The notes under the pieces: model-generated
The model's input: only the letters and a program-made list of their open reading frames with translations
What the model was told of the DNA's origin: nothing
The model's database searches: none
NCBI GenBank assembly: GCA_013239625.1
Contig: MU053810.1
Coordinates: 6,048,122 to 6,112,121 of the forward strand
DNA length: 64,000 nucleotides
DNA from: Lama guanicoe
Taxonomy: Eukaryota
Direction of reading: 5' to 3'
Shown: piece after piece, positions 1-11,800 of the stretch
How positions within the stretch are numbered: position 1 is the stretch's first letter
How the letters are laid out: every line of letters begins with the position of its first letter
Program-made: the position numbers and the translations under genes

Positions 1-1346
1 ACTTGACCCTTTAGAAAGAAATTGTCGTTTGGTTTCCCAATTTATTTAGTCTTTCTTTAATAACTCTTAAGAGTAGAGTTCAACTTACTTTTATTCATGC
101 TATTTAAAGTTTCCTCTGATCTCTAGATGGGTATTGTATTTTCATGCCTCTTTGCCTTTGCTTACAGTGTTGTTTTTGCGTGGATTTTCCTCTCTGCACC
201 CCCTCCCTGTGTACTGTCTTCTCTTTGGCTGCCACGTACAGCTGGCTAACGTGGTAGGTTTCTTTTACGGAGTCTTCTGATGGTGCTCCAGGAATATTAG
301 TCATTTTTTTCCTCTCGTGCTCTATTTGTGCTTTGTGTGCAATTAAAGACTTTTAAATAATTATAGTTAATAACATTCAAAAGAATAAATGCAATGTACA
401 TTATAAAATTTATAATAAAATAAACATCTAGGACTCTGCCACCAAAGTTAACTAGAAAATGGTCAGTTCTGTTTCTTCTGCCTATGTGTTTCAATCCATA
501 CTCCCAAGGGTATGTTTCTTATTTCCTTGCCCCTTTAAAAAGTTTATCACATATATGTGAACCCTTAAATAATTATTAATTTTGTGTTTAATAAAAATAG
601 ATTGAGGCTGTATGTAGTCTGGCATGGCCTGCTTTTTTAAATTCAGTATTATGTTTCTACTGTTTATCTGTATTTCATACGTAGTTCATTCGTAGTAGTT
701 CATTCTCATTAATGCAATATTTTAAGAATAAATGTGCCACTTATTTGTATTTACACTTAATGTGTCTGGAATTGTTCTTTTCCTTATAGTGTGAGAGAGA
801 GATTCATTCTCAGTATTTCTTTCTGTATGGCAAGCTATTTGCCCTGTTTAAATAATGCATTCTTTCCCCCTGTGCAATCACTGTAAGGTAACAAGTTTCC
901 TTGTTATGAGTATGAATTTATTTCTGAGTTTTATCTTCATTTGAATTGGTCCATTTATTTAACCCTATTTAAGAACCCTGCTGTCTTAATAATAATAAAC
1001 TAAGCAGGCAAGTTCCCCTTTCCACCCCCCCATCTATTAAGAACCATGTCTCGGTCATTCTTTCCCCTTTGCCCTTCCATTCCATGAAAAACCCAGTTAC
1101 GGTTTTTATTGAGAGGCACTGAAGCTTTAGATCAGTTTGGGGAGATTTGGCATCAGTGCAGCATTGGCTGGGAGTAGGGGAATGAGAGGTGTATCTGGCT
1201 GTGAGTAGATAGGGTGTGTTACACCTGGCTTTGTAGACCACACAGTTTTTTTTTTTCAGGTTAATCTGGTAAACCCTTATTTCACAAACCCTCATTTCAC
1301 AATTTCCATATTTATTCCCTTATAACTACACAGGGAGAAAGTTTCT

Positions 1347-1589
1347 TTGGGTTTTATTCAGGGTGTTTTGATTATTTGGGGGATAGAATATTTCTATTGA
1401 TCATTTTATGTTCCCCGTTGTTGTTATTCTCTGTCACAACTCTTTATATTATTCATACTTGTCATAGTATTGGGTTTTATTCAGGGTGTTTTGATTATTT
1501 GGGGGGTAGAATATTTCTATTGATCATTTTATGTTCCCGTTGTTGTTATTCTCTGTCACAAGTCTATATTATTCATACTTGTCATAGTA
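1347..1589. repeat. Tandem duplication, two units of about 120 bp
   Basis: 1347-1469 and 1470-1589 are near-identical (TTGGGTTTTATTCAGGGTG...CATACTTGTCATAGTA). Confidence 0.92.
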
Positions 1590-2091
1590 AGTCAGGAGAG
1601 CTTCCTAGTCGTGTTATATTAGCTCTAGGTTGTGCCTTTCAAATTCCAGGGTCTCGTTTACTTTGTGTTAGGCTTCTGCAGCTATGTCCTTGTTACCAGC
1701 TCATCGCAGTGCAGTTTCACTTCATGTGCAGAAAGTGCAATATAAAATATTAATAAAATTCAAAAAATTATTTTTGTAGAAGTTTGCCTTTTTTTTCTTT
1801 TTTAGTTTTATTAGGTAACATTAGTTTAACTCTACATAGATAATATATTACATGTAAATACATGTATACAATATACTGCACATTTTTTTTTTTAGTTTAC
1901 ATATATGTACTGATCATTGTTTCTAAGAACAGATTAGAGGTTTAGCTTTTTAAACTTGCGGCTGATAGTTACCAAAGAAATAGATAACCGCAAAATAAGA
2001 ATCAATAGAATGCAGTAATCCAATCTTAAAGGACAGTCAAATGTGCTTACACATATTCAAGAAATCAGTCATTTAAGTTATAAATAAAAGC

Positions 2092-2374
2092 AGTTCATTT
2101 GTGTCATTTTTTAAATTTTATTTTTGTTAGATTTCATGTATAAGTGAAATCATATTGCATTTTTCTTTCTCTTTCTGGCTCACTTCACTTAGAATGATGA
2201 TCTTCAGGTCCATCCATGTTGCTGCAAATGGCATTATTCTATTATTTTTTATGGCTGAGAAGTGTTCCGTTGTATATATGTACCACATCTTTATCCAGTC
2301 ATCTGTTGATGGACATTTGGGTTGTTTGCATGTCTTGGCTATTGTCAATAATGCTACTATGAACATTGGGGTGC
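2092..2374 (-). mobile_element. L1 fragment (ORF2 C-terminus and start of 3' UTR)
   Basis: ORF 2127-2366 (-) reads as L1 ORF2 end (MFIVALLTIAK...PKCPSTDDWIK.WYIYT); similar to 45620-45890. Confidence 0.9.
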
Positions 2375-2954
2375 ATTCAAAAAATTATTTTTTAAATGTG
2401 AAGATTTCCTTCAAATTAAAAATTGAGGAACCATTGCATAATTTAAAAACTGAACAGGGAAGTTGTTAAACTATTTTATTGTCACTCAGTGTTTAAGCAG
2501 GAAACCAAAATACTGTCCTGTGTTAAGTGCAGTTCTTGAATTTTTATGAGTTTTGGATTATAGTCAGAGTCTTCACGAGTAGACTAATGCCTTACAAGGT
2601 GATTGCCCTGTACCTGTTCGTCCCATCCATTACTTCCAGATTTGTCTCATAGACATTCTTTCTGTTTATCACTTCTCCTTCAGGTGCTGAATCATCGAGC
2701 ATGGTCATTTATAGCAACTTGTCTTTGAGTTTCTATCTTTTCTCTAGTTTGTTCTACTGATTCCCAGATCTGTAAGATCTGCTTTCCTCTTTCAAATGAA
2801 TTTAGCCTTTAGGACTTAGTTACCTTGGAATCAATGAGTTTCTAGCTTCTAGAATCTTAGTGTTTATTAGACTGGGCTCTGAGGAGTTTTCTAAAATCTT
2901 TTTGTTGCTAGTGGCAAAACGGAGATGTGAACATAATTCATATTCATCCTCTTT

Positions 2955-3410
2955 CCTTTTTATTTTTTAAGATAAAAATTGTATGTACTTAACATGTACA
3001 ACATGATGATTTGATACACGTGTACCTAATGAAATATGACAAACATCCAGCTAATTAGCATATCATCCTCACAGAGTTACCATTTGTGTGTGTGTGATGG
3101 GAGCACCTGAAATCTACTTTCTGAGCACGTTTCCAGGATTCAGTACAGTGTTATTACCTGTAGTCACTATGCTGTACATCGGATCTCTGGACTTAGTCGT
3201 CCTACACACCTGCAACTTTGTACCCTTTGACTGACATTTCCCCATTTCTCCTACTTCCCCACGGCTGTTAAACAACATTCTAGTCTCTGCTTCTAGTGTT
3301 TGACTTTTTTAGATTCCACATATAAGTGAGATGATGAAGTGTTCCCCCTCCGCTCCACCCCCGTATCTGGCGTGTATTTTGCTTAGCATAATGTCCTCTC
3401 GGTTCAACAT
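2955..3410 (-). mobile_element. Older L1 (L1MA-like) 3' end fragment
   Basis: Typical reverse L1 3' UTR text (ttttagattccacatataagtgagat..., T-rich start). Confidence 0.75.
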
Positions 3411-4199
3411 TTATCGTGTTTCTGATTCATGGTGTGCTCTGTCCATGCTTTTATATTTATATTTTAGAAAATAATGTGCCTTAATTGCAGGGTTTTAGGC
3501 TGGATCATTTGATAAACATGTTTCAGATGTGGTTAACTTTTTTTAGTACTTTCTGTATCAAGCTATATTATAGGTTCTAATATTATCCCAGCCCCCATTT
3601 TATATAAACAAAATAGAATCTTAGTGAGTTAAAGCTTGTATAAAATTTCATGACTAGTAAGTGAAAGAGTCAATGTTTAAATCCAGGCTTTCTGGTTTCA
3701 CGTTTGTGTGCCTTTTTAAACCAGTGGTTTTTACCTTGCTTCATTCATGGGTCTGGGGATTGCGGTAGGCTGCTCCCCTGGGCCTGCTAGTCGCCCTGAG
3801 TTCGGGCTACTCTTGAATTTTTTATCTTTATTATATTAGAATTGAAAACTAATTTTCTTTATATCAGACTGTTTCTTTGTCCATCTAAAGATAAAGTGTG
3901 AAAAGTAGGGAAATTCAAGTATGAGAAAGAACTGGTTTCCCTTGGAAAGCTAACTTTGGCTTGGTGAGCATATGCGTGCTCTTGTTCTCCAAATGTTCCA
4001 GGCCTGTTCCTTTCCTCCCACCTGCTTCATTCACTCACCCTGCCGTATGGATGGTTGTACGTTGCTGGACGGGTTGTGATTTGGACTTTCATGATTCCGA
4101 ATTGGGAGCCTGGGGAGGGAGTAAACTCAGAGAAAAATCTTTTCAAGTAATTTGAAGTAGTGTCCTGAATAGTCCTACAGTGTGTGAGGAAAGTAGGAA

Positions 4200-5120
4200 G
4201 GATGAAAAATAGATGATTTTAAGGAGTGTTGTGGACAGCACGATGTTTCAGAAAAATACCGAAAGAACTAGAGCCATTTTGAATTCGTTTTTCCCGTGAA
4301 GACTGGGAGCTATGTGGGATATTCTTTTCAACAGGGTTCAAGCAGGTGCGATTTAGCTAACTACAATTGGTAACATCAGTGACCCTCAAGATCCTTAATT
4401 TTTTCATTTTGTCTTCTCAAGTTTAGTTTTTTGGTAAGATCACCATGGTTATACCGTGGAGAACAGATTAGAAAGAGGCTAGGTTGGATGCAGGTGGACC
4501 AGTTAGAAGGCTGTTGCAGTAGCCAGGGTGAGCAAGGGAGGGTATAGCTCAGAGGTGGAGTGTGTGCTTAGCGTGCACTGGGTCCTAGGTTCAATCCCCA
4601 GCACCTCCATTAAAAATAAATGAATAGCCAAAGTGAGAGATGATCCTAGATTGACTAGGATTAAACTGTCAGAAAGAGAAGGAAACAAATTTCAGTTGGT
4701 TAAGGGTAAATGTGTCAAGATTTAGTGATACTGAATATGTGAATATGTGAATATGTGAAATAAGTGCTAGATGTCTGAACTGGATAACATGATAGAGAAC
4801 TGAAGTAGGAAGTAGAGTTGAGTCGACTATTTGCATGAATTTGGGCACAGTCATTTTGAGGTGCCATTGAAATAGCCGGGAGGAACATCACAGGTGTTTG
4901 TATGATTCTGTAGCACAGAGGAGAGGTCTAGAATATGTATAGAGAAGTTTATGTGTGTGTATAGTAACTTAAACCTGAATGCGGATGAGTTTGCCAAGGA
5001 GAGGTTATAAAGAGGAAGAGCCTACGACTAAACCTGGAGGCACCATGTCTGCCAGGTGACCTTGTCAAAGAGACAGAGAATGGGTATTCAGGGAGTTAGG
5101 AGCAAACCAGGGTGAGTGGT
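4200..5120. mobile_element. Degraded L2 LINE segment
   Basis: L2-like purine-rich text (agatcaccatggtta...gagaacagattag; aatttgggcacagtcattttgaggtgcc). Confidence 0.55.
4536..4626 (+). mobile_element. tRNA-derived SINE (camelid Vic-1-like)
   Basis: GGGAGGGTATAGCTCAG A-box, GGTTCAATCCC B-box, A-rich tail; degenerate TSD tagccagggtgag / tagccaaagtgag. Confidence 0.85.
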
Positions 5121-7075
5121 GATCCATCTTTTTTACCTTCCAATGAAATCTCAATATTTTCCCTTCTATGGGGTAGTGAGTACCTAAACTTAATTCCATG
5201 ACAAGCAGAATTTAGCTAAACTTTGTACTAGTTAATCTTGTGTGGACTTGTTAGAAAAGGAAAGCATTTAAGAGATATGTAGAAGCACCCCCCCCCCAAA
5301 AAATTTAGCTAACTACAATTGGTAACATCAGTGACTCTCAAAATCCTTAATCTGGGAGGGAGGTGACATCATTGTTGTGCTAGATAGTGAACAGACCTGC
5401 CCTTTGTTCCTCAGGGGGACATTTCTGTCCTTCATGGCTGTTTGCTATACAAACATACCTGAGATAGTGTGAAACAAAGAGAGGCAGTACCTCTGCCTAC
5501 AGGATGCACAGAAATGTGATGGCCCAAGGATAACTGCCTTCATGGCTCCTGGTAAAATTTTCCATGATTTCTGTGAGTCATTGGTCACCTTGAGTAATCT
5601 GTCTGACAGAGGCTGGGACCAGAGCCATTCAGTTTGTGTCATAAAACATCTGATTTAGGTTACATACTATCAATATGGTAGCAAAATGAAGCCAAACTGC
5701 AATTTGACCTCAACCCTGCTTCCCAGGGTCCTCGACCAGCTGGCTGAACAAATGCTATAAACCTTTACGATCTGCCTTACCGAGAGCCAAGTGGCTTTTT
5801 CCGGAAGTTTCCGTACTGACTTTCTACTTGACCCCATACTGCAGGAATAATAGGGAGTGCCCAGATTTGGCCTGGCCTGCAGGAAGGAAGTCTAGGGCAA
5901 TTTTGTCATCCATAACAATCCTGGCTGGTGAATTGAGACTGACCTGAATGGCTCCAGAGCTGGTATGATGTCATTGTTCACCTCAGCTAAAGTCACGGAC
6001 CAATTTCAAACCACGTTTTTCTAATTGGATGATTCCCATTTTAGGGATAAATACCTCAGAACAGAGCACACATAATTGACAAGTCAGCTGTCCTTGTGGG
6101 AACCCCCCTACCTCCCAATCAAGAATAGCCCTACTTTGGAGAGAGCACAGCTGCCTGCAGACTGCAGAATCTGCTGGTGGTGCTTGCTTAAACACTTGAA
6201 GGTCTCTTAGGATCATCCCTACAGTGCAAGTCACTGCATTTTTTGGAGGGAGGTCAGTTAATGCCTGGCTTCTGCACAAGTACTCCTGTGAAGAATGTGG
6301 TGTTGCCAGTGGTTGCCCCACCCTCACCCCCCAGGTGGGACCTGTTTACGGAGCACAGGCTGACAGTTTATTCTGTGTTGCCTCCTGGACAGCTGGTTGG
6401 CCTTAGGGCTCCCAGTCATTACAAATAACTAACTCTAGTACTTGTTTTTCTTTTTGGAGGAAGTACCTAAGCTAGTTGGTCCAGTCTTCCCTATTTGTCT
6501 GTGCCACCACCTAGGTGGCAGTAATCTGCCCTTTGGGATGACCAAGTGATAATTTCATTGGCGGAGTGGGTAGGCCCCTGGAGTTACTGGTCGATGTTTT
6601 ATGTGGGAGGCTCAGGGACTGGAACCATCCTCTGCTGCTCCCTAAAGATTTTTCAGTGACACCAGGGAGAACGGTGGTCACGTTGTGCAGGGTAGGGAAG
6701 ACCCAGCAGTCAGTTCCATTTAAGACAGTTGCATAATCTGGGAGAGCTGCACCAGGGAATTTTCCTTTGTGAGAAAGGTTTCAGGGGTGATTGAGAAAGA
6801 CAGAAATCACAGAAGCCCGTCCTTCTCATTTCCTGAGGTTTAAAGTGTTTCTCCCACAGGTGCCAGCGTTGTTCTCCTTCCACTGTGGCACAGCCAGTGT
6901 GTCCCATTCCAGTAGCTAACCTTTTCCTTTTTTCCAACTATCCCTGACCCCTCATCCTGACCTTTTGTCTGGAAGGGTCAGGTACAAAAAGGACAAGGCA
7001 TTTTTATTAAATTTAGGGATTGTTATGTCCCTCATTTTGGTCCACATGGTCCAGTGTAAGAAGATTTGGTGAGAG

Positions 7076-7605
7076 CGTTACCGAGTCCAAACTCATTACT
7101 GCTGGCCGCACGACAGACCAGTAAATCGGGAGACGAGGTGTTGGGGCAAGGAATAGCAACTTTATTCCGAAAGCCAACAGACCGAGAAGATGGCATACTA
7201 ATGTCCTGGAAAACCATCTTCCCCAAGTCAGAATTCAGGCTCCTTTTATACTAAAAAGGGGAGAAGGTATGCTTGGTTGTTGCAGACTTCTTGGTGTAGG
7301 AATTCTTTGTTCTTGGAATCCTTTGTTCTTGCAGCTGTCCACCTTGGTCAGATCATGATGTCCCTCCAACAAAACAAACGTTATTTTCTAATCTGCAACT
7401 TGTTATCTTTATATGAATGGAAAAGTGTTAATATCCTTAAAGGTAAGAGCCTTGAGAATGGGCTCTCCTGTATATTTCAGGCTACAGGCAACATTCTTTT
7501 ACAGAAGGTGCAGAACCAGCAAGACTAAGCCTAGGACAGGAAGCAGTGCAGTGAAATCAAAGGAACAGATCTCATATGGAATCAGATTTGTTCTTTTCTA
7601 TTACA
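7076..7605 (-). mobile_element. Solo LTR, ERV1 / MER41-like, nested in the older provirus
   Basis: (T>C)G...CA termini, 4-bp TSD AGAG (7072-7075, 7606-7609); TATA-like and AATAAA on the minus strand; family name from recall. Confidence 0.8.
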
Positions 7606-7946
7606 AGAGTATACTTACTTAATCATTGGTCATTATCTTTATTATGTAAGACCACAGAAATACAACAGGATAATTCAGGTGGCTAAACTGGAAGTAAGTT
7701 AAAATTCCCAAGGCCCCCTTTTGGCTGGGCTGCCACCCTGAGGCTGTACCAATCAGGCCACCATGGGGTTCCCATTGGGGGAAAGAAAGAAGCATCGTGC
7801 TCAGGGCAGGTCCTAAGTGGCCAAGAGGAAATGATCTCTTTCTGGGCTCAGCCACATTCAGTGACCATACCGCTTTGCTCATGTATGTAAACTAGGAAGA
7901 GGTAAGGGAGGTGTAGTCAGAAATCCTTCTGAGTTGATTAAAAATG

Positions 7947-8838
7947 TTTTTAAAATTGTGGTAAAATACACATAACATAAAATTTCCCATCTTAACCATT
8001 TTTAAATGTACAGCTCAGTGGTGTTAAGTACATTCACAGTGTTGTGCAACTTATCTCTAAAACTGTTTTCTTCTTTCAAGACTGGAACTCTGTTCCCATT
8101 AAACAACAGCTCCCATTCCTTCCTCCCTGCAGCCCCTGGCAACCACTGTCTCACCTTCTGTCTGTGAATTTGACTACTCTAGGTACCGCATATAAGTGGA
8201 ACATATAATATCTGTTGTTTTGTGATTGGTTTATTTCACTCAGCATAATGTCTTCACGGTTCATCCATGTTATAGTATGTGTCAGAATTTCCTTTTTAAG
8301 GCTCAGTAGTGTTCTGCTGAATGTATATTTTGTATATAAAACCACATTTTCTCTATCTACTCTTCCATCGATGGACACTTGGGTTACTTCCACGTTTGGC
8401 TCTGGTGAATAATGCCACTATAAACATAAGTGTACAAATAGCTCTTGGAAACCTTGCTTTCAATTCTTTGGGGTATCTACCCAACAGTGGAATTGCTGGA
8501 TCACATGGTAATTCTATATTTATACTTAAGTATTTAGGAACCACCAGACTGTTCTCCCCCGTTTTACATTTCCCCCCAGCATTTCACAAGGGTTCCAGTT
8601 TCTCCACATCCCTGCCAACAATTGTTATTTTCTTTGTGTGTGTGTGTGCGTGTGTGTTTGCAGGGTGGTAGCCATCCTGATGGGTATGATGTCTCATTGT
8701 GGTTTTGATTTGCGTTTCCCTAATGATTAGTGATCATTTCATATACTTACTGACCATTTGTGTATCTTGTTTGGAGAAATGTCTACTAAAGTCCTTTGTC
8801 CATTTTTGAATCCAGTTGTTTTTTGTTTTTGAGTTTTT
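7947..8838 (-). mobile_element. L1 (L1MA/MB-like) 3' fragment nested in the provirus
   Basis: ORFs 8151-8393 and 8353-8544 (-) give L1 ORF2 C-terminal text ([19 protein letters not shown]). Confidence 0.88.
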
Positions 8839-11800
8839 TGAAGAGGGTTTTTCAGCACTCACCAGCACAAGATGCCTGTGGATGGCAGGGAGTGTAGAAG
8901 GCCGTCACATACCTTGATGAACAGCCCATTTTTAGTGACTTCTGTGGTAAAAAGCATCGCACTGTCAGATAGCAAATGGTTTGGAAAGTGAAAAACATGA
9001 CACAGATGAGGGCCACAGTGGTGTGGCTGGAGTCAGCTGATTGGACTGAAATTGTAATACCGTAACTTGAAAAAGTACCATCAGCGGTGAGGCACCACCA
9101 GCAGTCTGGAGAGGAGGGCAAAGGTCTGATGTAGCCAGTCTGCCAGTGATGTGGCCTCTCTCACCATGAGCCAAATGGGTCTCTTTCCAGGAGTCACAAG
9201 TGTGGGATGCAGTGGTCACCTCTGCATCAGGAACAGAGTCCTTCACTCTGGGGCTGTTCCCTGATGGTACACCTGCGGACACATCTGCTGTGCTGATGGA
9301 CTGGGCAGCAGTGACGGCAGGCGGGGCGGTGCAGGCTGATCAGCAGCTGGACTCCAGTTGGCCTGATTAGACGCCGGGCCCTTACGGGGGCGGCTATATT
9401 AGTGACCCAGGTGATCTGATCAGCAGCTCTCATTTGTCTCCAGTTTTTGGCAAGTCTTTATTAGTATGTCAGTCTGTAGCCTTCCAAGTAGCAGACCCAA
9501 ACAAGTAGGCCACTGGTAATAGCCCCAGGTCAGTGAAAACACAACAAGGTTTATCAAGGGGAGTATCGGCCAGATCTGCGGGAACATCCGTCAGTTCCCC
9601 CACAGAGCACAATGTCCACACCCACTTGCAGCTCTGTGCACTGAGGTCGAACAGCACTGCAGCCCGCTGGACACCACGGGGGTTCAGCTTAGTTGAACCA
9701 TTAGTGTACCAGGCCCAGGCTTTTAGGGGATCCTCTGTGAATCAGGGACCTCACTGAACCGACTGCTTTGCTTTAGGTGACAGAATGGAAGATAAATTTT
9801 CACTAAAGGGATAGCTGCCACTTTTTCATGTAAAGCTGGGATGTCATAGGGTGGCTGCTGTCTTGAACGTACCAGTCCCGGGGGGCACCGCCGGTGGATG
9901 CTGCTCCTCTGGCCAGAGGCTCCAGTCAGTAAAATCATCCGTGCACAGAAACTTACACTCAGAGGGGCCATAAGGACTGTGGGGCACTAAGGCTGCTAGC
10001 GCTCTTCCACATGTGGCTCTTCCCCGTTGGCATGATCCCTTCTGGCACTTGAAAGCGTTCACTGTGCAGGCACGTAAAGTATCAATCCCAGTGACACATT
10101 CACTGGTGGAAGCCCCAGCAGTAATACACTGACTTGGTCCCAAGAGCCCCACCCAAAAGGACACATTAGCTTCTCTTCCCCACTGTGAGCCACACCCAGA
10201 CCTCATGAAAACACGTACCCTCTCCCTCCTTTGATGTGGTATGAAGGTGACAAGGGCTCCTATATATCAAACAGCTATGAAATGTTGAGTCTCCCTCCCC
10301 TCTCCAGTGATCTAGCAAACTCAGGTATGCTTGATTTTCAGCTCCCGTTGGGGACTTGGAGAACTTGGCCCCATCCCAATCTTTTTCTTTAAAGAGTATA
10401 GGGGGAGATTGGGCGAGAGCAGCTCTGCACCAGTAAAACTAGGTGAATTTATTTGAATTTTGAGCAGTGCTGTAGCTGCAAGCTGATCAACCAAATAAAT
10501 GTGCAGTGTTTTGGACCCACCCAAAGCCCTGTATTCTGTGGCAAGGTCATGTTGCTGACATCATCCATTTCTTTGGAGACCACCTTGATTCAACAGCTAC
10601 CGATTCAACAGCTACTGCCACATGACTTCGTGGCGGGGGCCATGGGTTTGTACCCTTTGGCTGACGTGGGCTTGATCTGCACAGTGGTATCATTGTTTTT
10701 AGGAGTCCACCTAATGTGGGCAATTTGCTGCTCCATCGTCAAGATCATAGCTCTTTGCTCCTTGCTTGATTTCAACAGAACGACTAGGGGAGTTTTCTAA
10801 AGATGGCAGATCTGATAGGGAAAATTTATCTAGATTTCTTTGGGTGAGTTTCTCCTCTCTGGTGAATCACCTTCATCATCATTTAAAACCCAGTTTACTC
10901 TGGAAGAGCCTGGAGATTAGTCAGTGCCCTTGGGAAATTATTTTGGGGAAAGTTTCCCCAAAAGAGCCAAAGCTGTCTTACAGCGGGCAGGGCCCACTGC
11001 CAAAAATGCTGAGGTCTTTTGCTCACTGCAGTGGATTGAATGTTGGGAAGACAGATTGCAGGAGGAGCTGAGCAGTAAGATAGCCAGCTGTTGCCATTCT
11101 ACTTTAAGGAGCATTATGCCCCCCGCCACACTCTCCCAAGCAAACCAGCCGCAATTGTGAAGATTCTCCTGGTTCTGCCTACACTGGTTACAATTCCCCT
11201 TCTTTCACATTCATTATAGATACGTTTCTCCGTCACACTGTATGAAAGAACTTCATGTGCTCCCGCCTCCCTCTGCCAGACAAACCTTATTGCTGGTTGT
11301 TTACCAGGCAGACCCGGTGAGCTTGGTGGATAGCTGACAGTAGCCAGGACGTCATTCAGCCCTGTGTTTGAAACTACGTCCTGGTACTCAGCCTGAAACT
11401 GCCACCCCAATTCAACCTCGTTAACAGGCAATAAAGGAGAGGACCAGACATTGCCTGGTTGACCGTGCAATTTGGTCAACATGTTCATTCACCATTCCTG
11501 TGGACTTCTGTCAATTCCTCTTAACTGTCGTTTCATTCTATTTCCAGAAAGCTTTTGCTTTGTCAGTATTCCACCATTACCAAAACTCAAAAATTGTGAA
11601 GGGTTTGAGATTTTACCCTTCTTGGAAATGAACAATTTAGCCCTCCACAATTTCATGGATGCTAGTAGGGGACCTGAGCTCCTGGGTCAGAGACAAAGGA
11701 TGTCATTACTCATGGTAGTAGCCAGAGTGTCAGCATTTGTGTCAGTTAATCAGCCCCAATTTCTACAGGATGCTGCAAAGAGCCAGATGATGCCTGCACA

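Noticed and set aside
1376..1753. 125-aa ORF with an internal repeat
   Set aside because: Produced by the 120-bp tandem duplication in T-rich intron; no homology or splice support.
4536..4610. tRNA gene (also 41200-41271, 49800-49870, 56940-56998)
   Set aside because: A/B boxes are present but the copies are diverged, have A-rich tails and lack a proper acceptor stem; they are SINEs.
5983..6327. Domesticated env (syncytin-like) gene
   Set aside because: The env-like remnant has stops and frameshifts and no long ORF.
10587..10616. Short direct repeat GATTCAACAGCTAC x2
   Set aside because: Two-copy slippage duplication inside a dead ERV; not an array.
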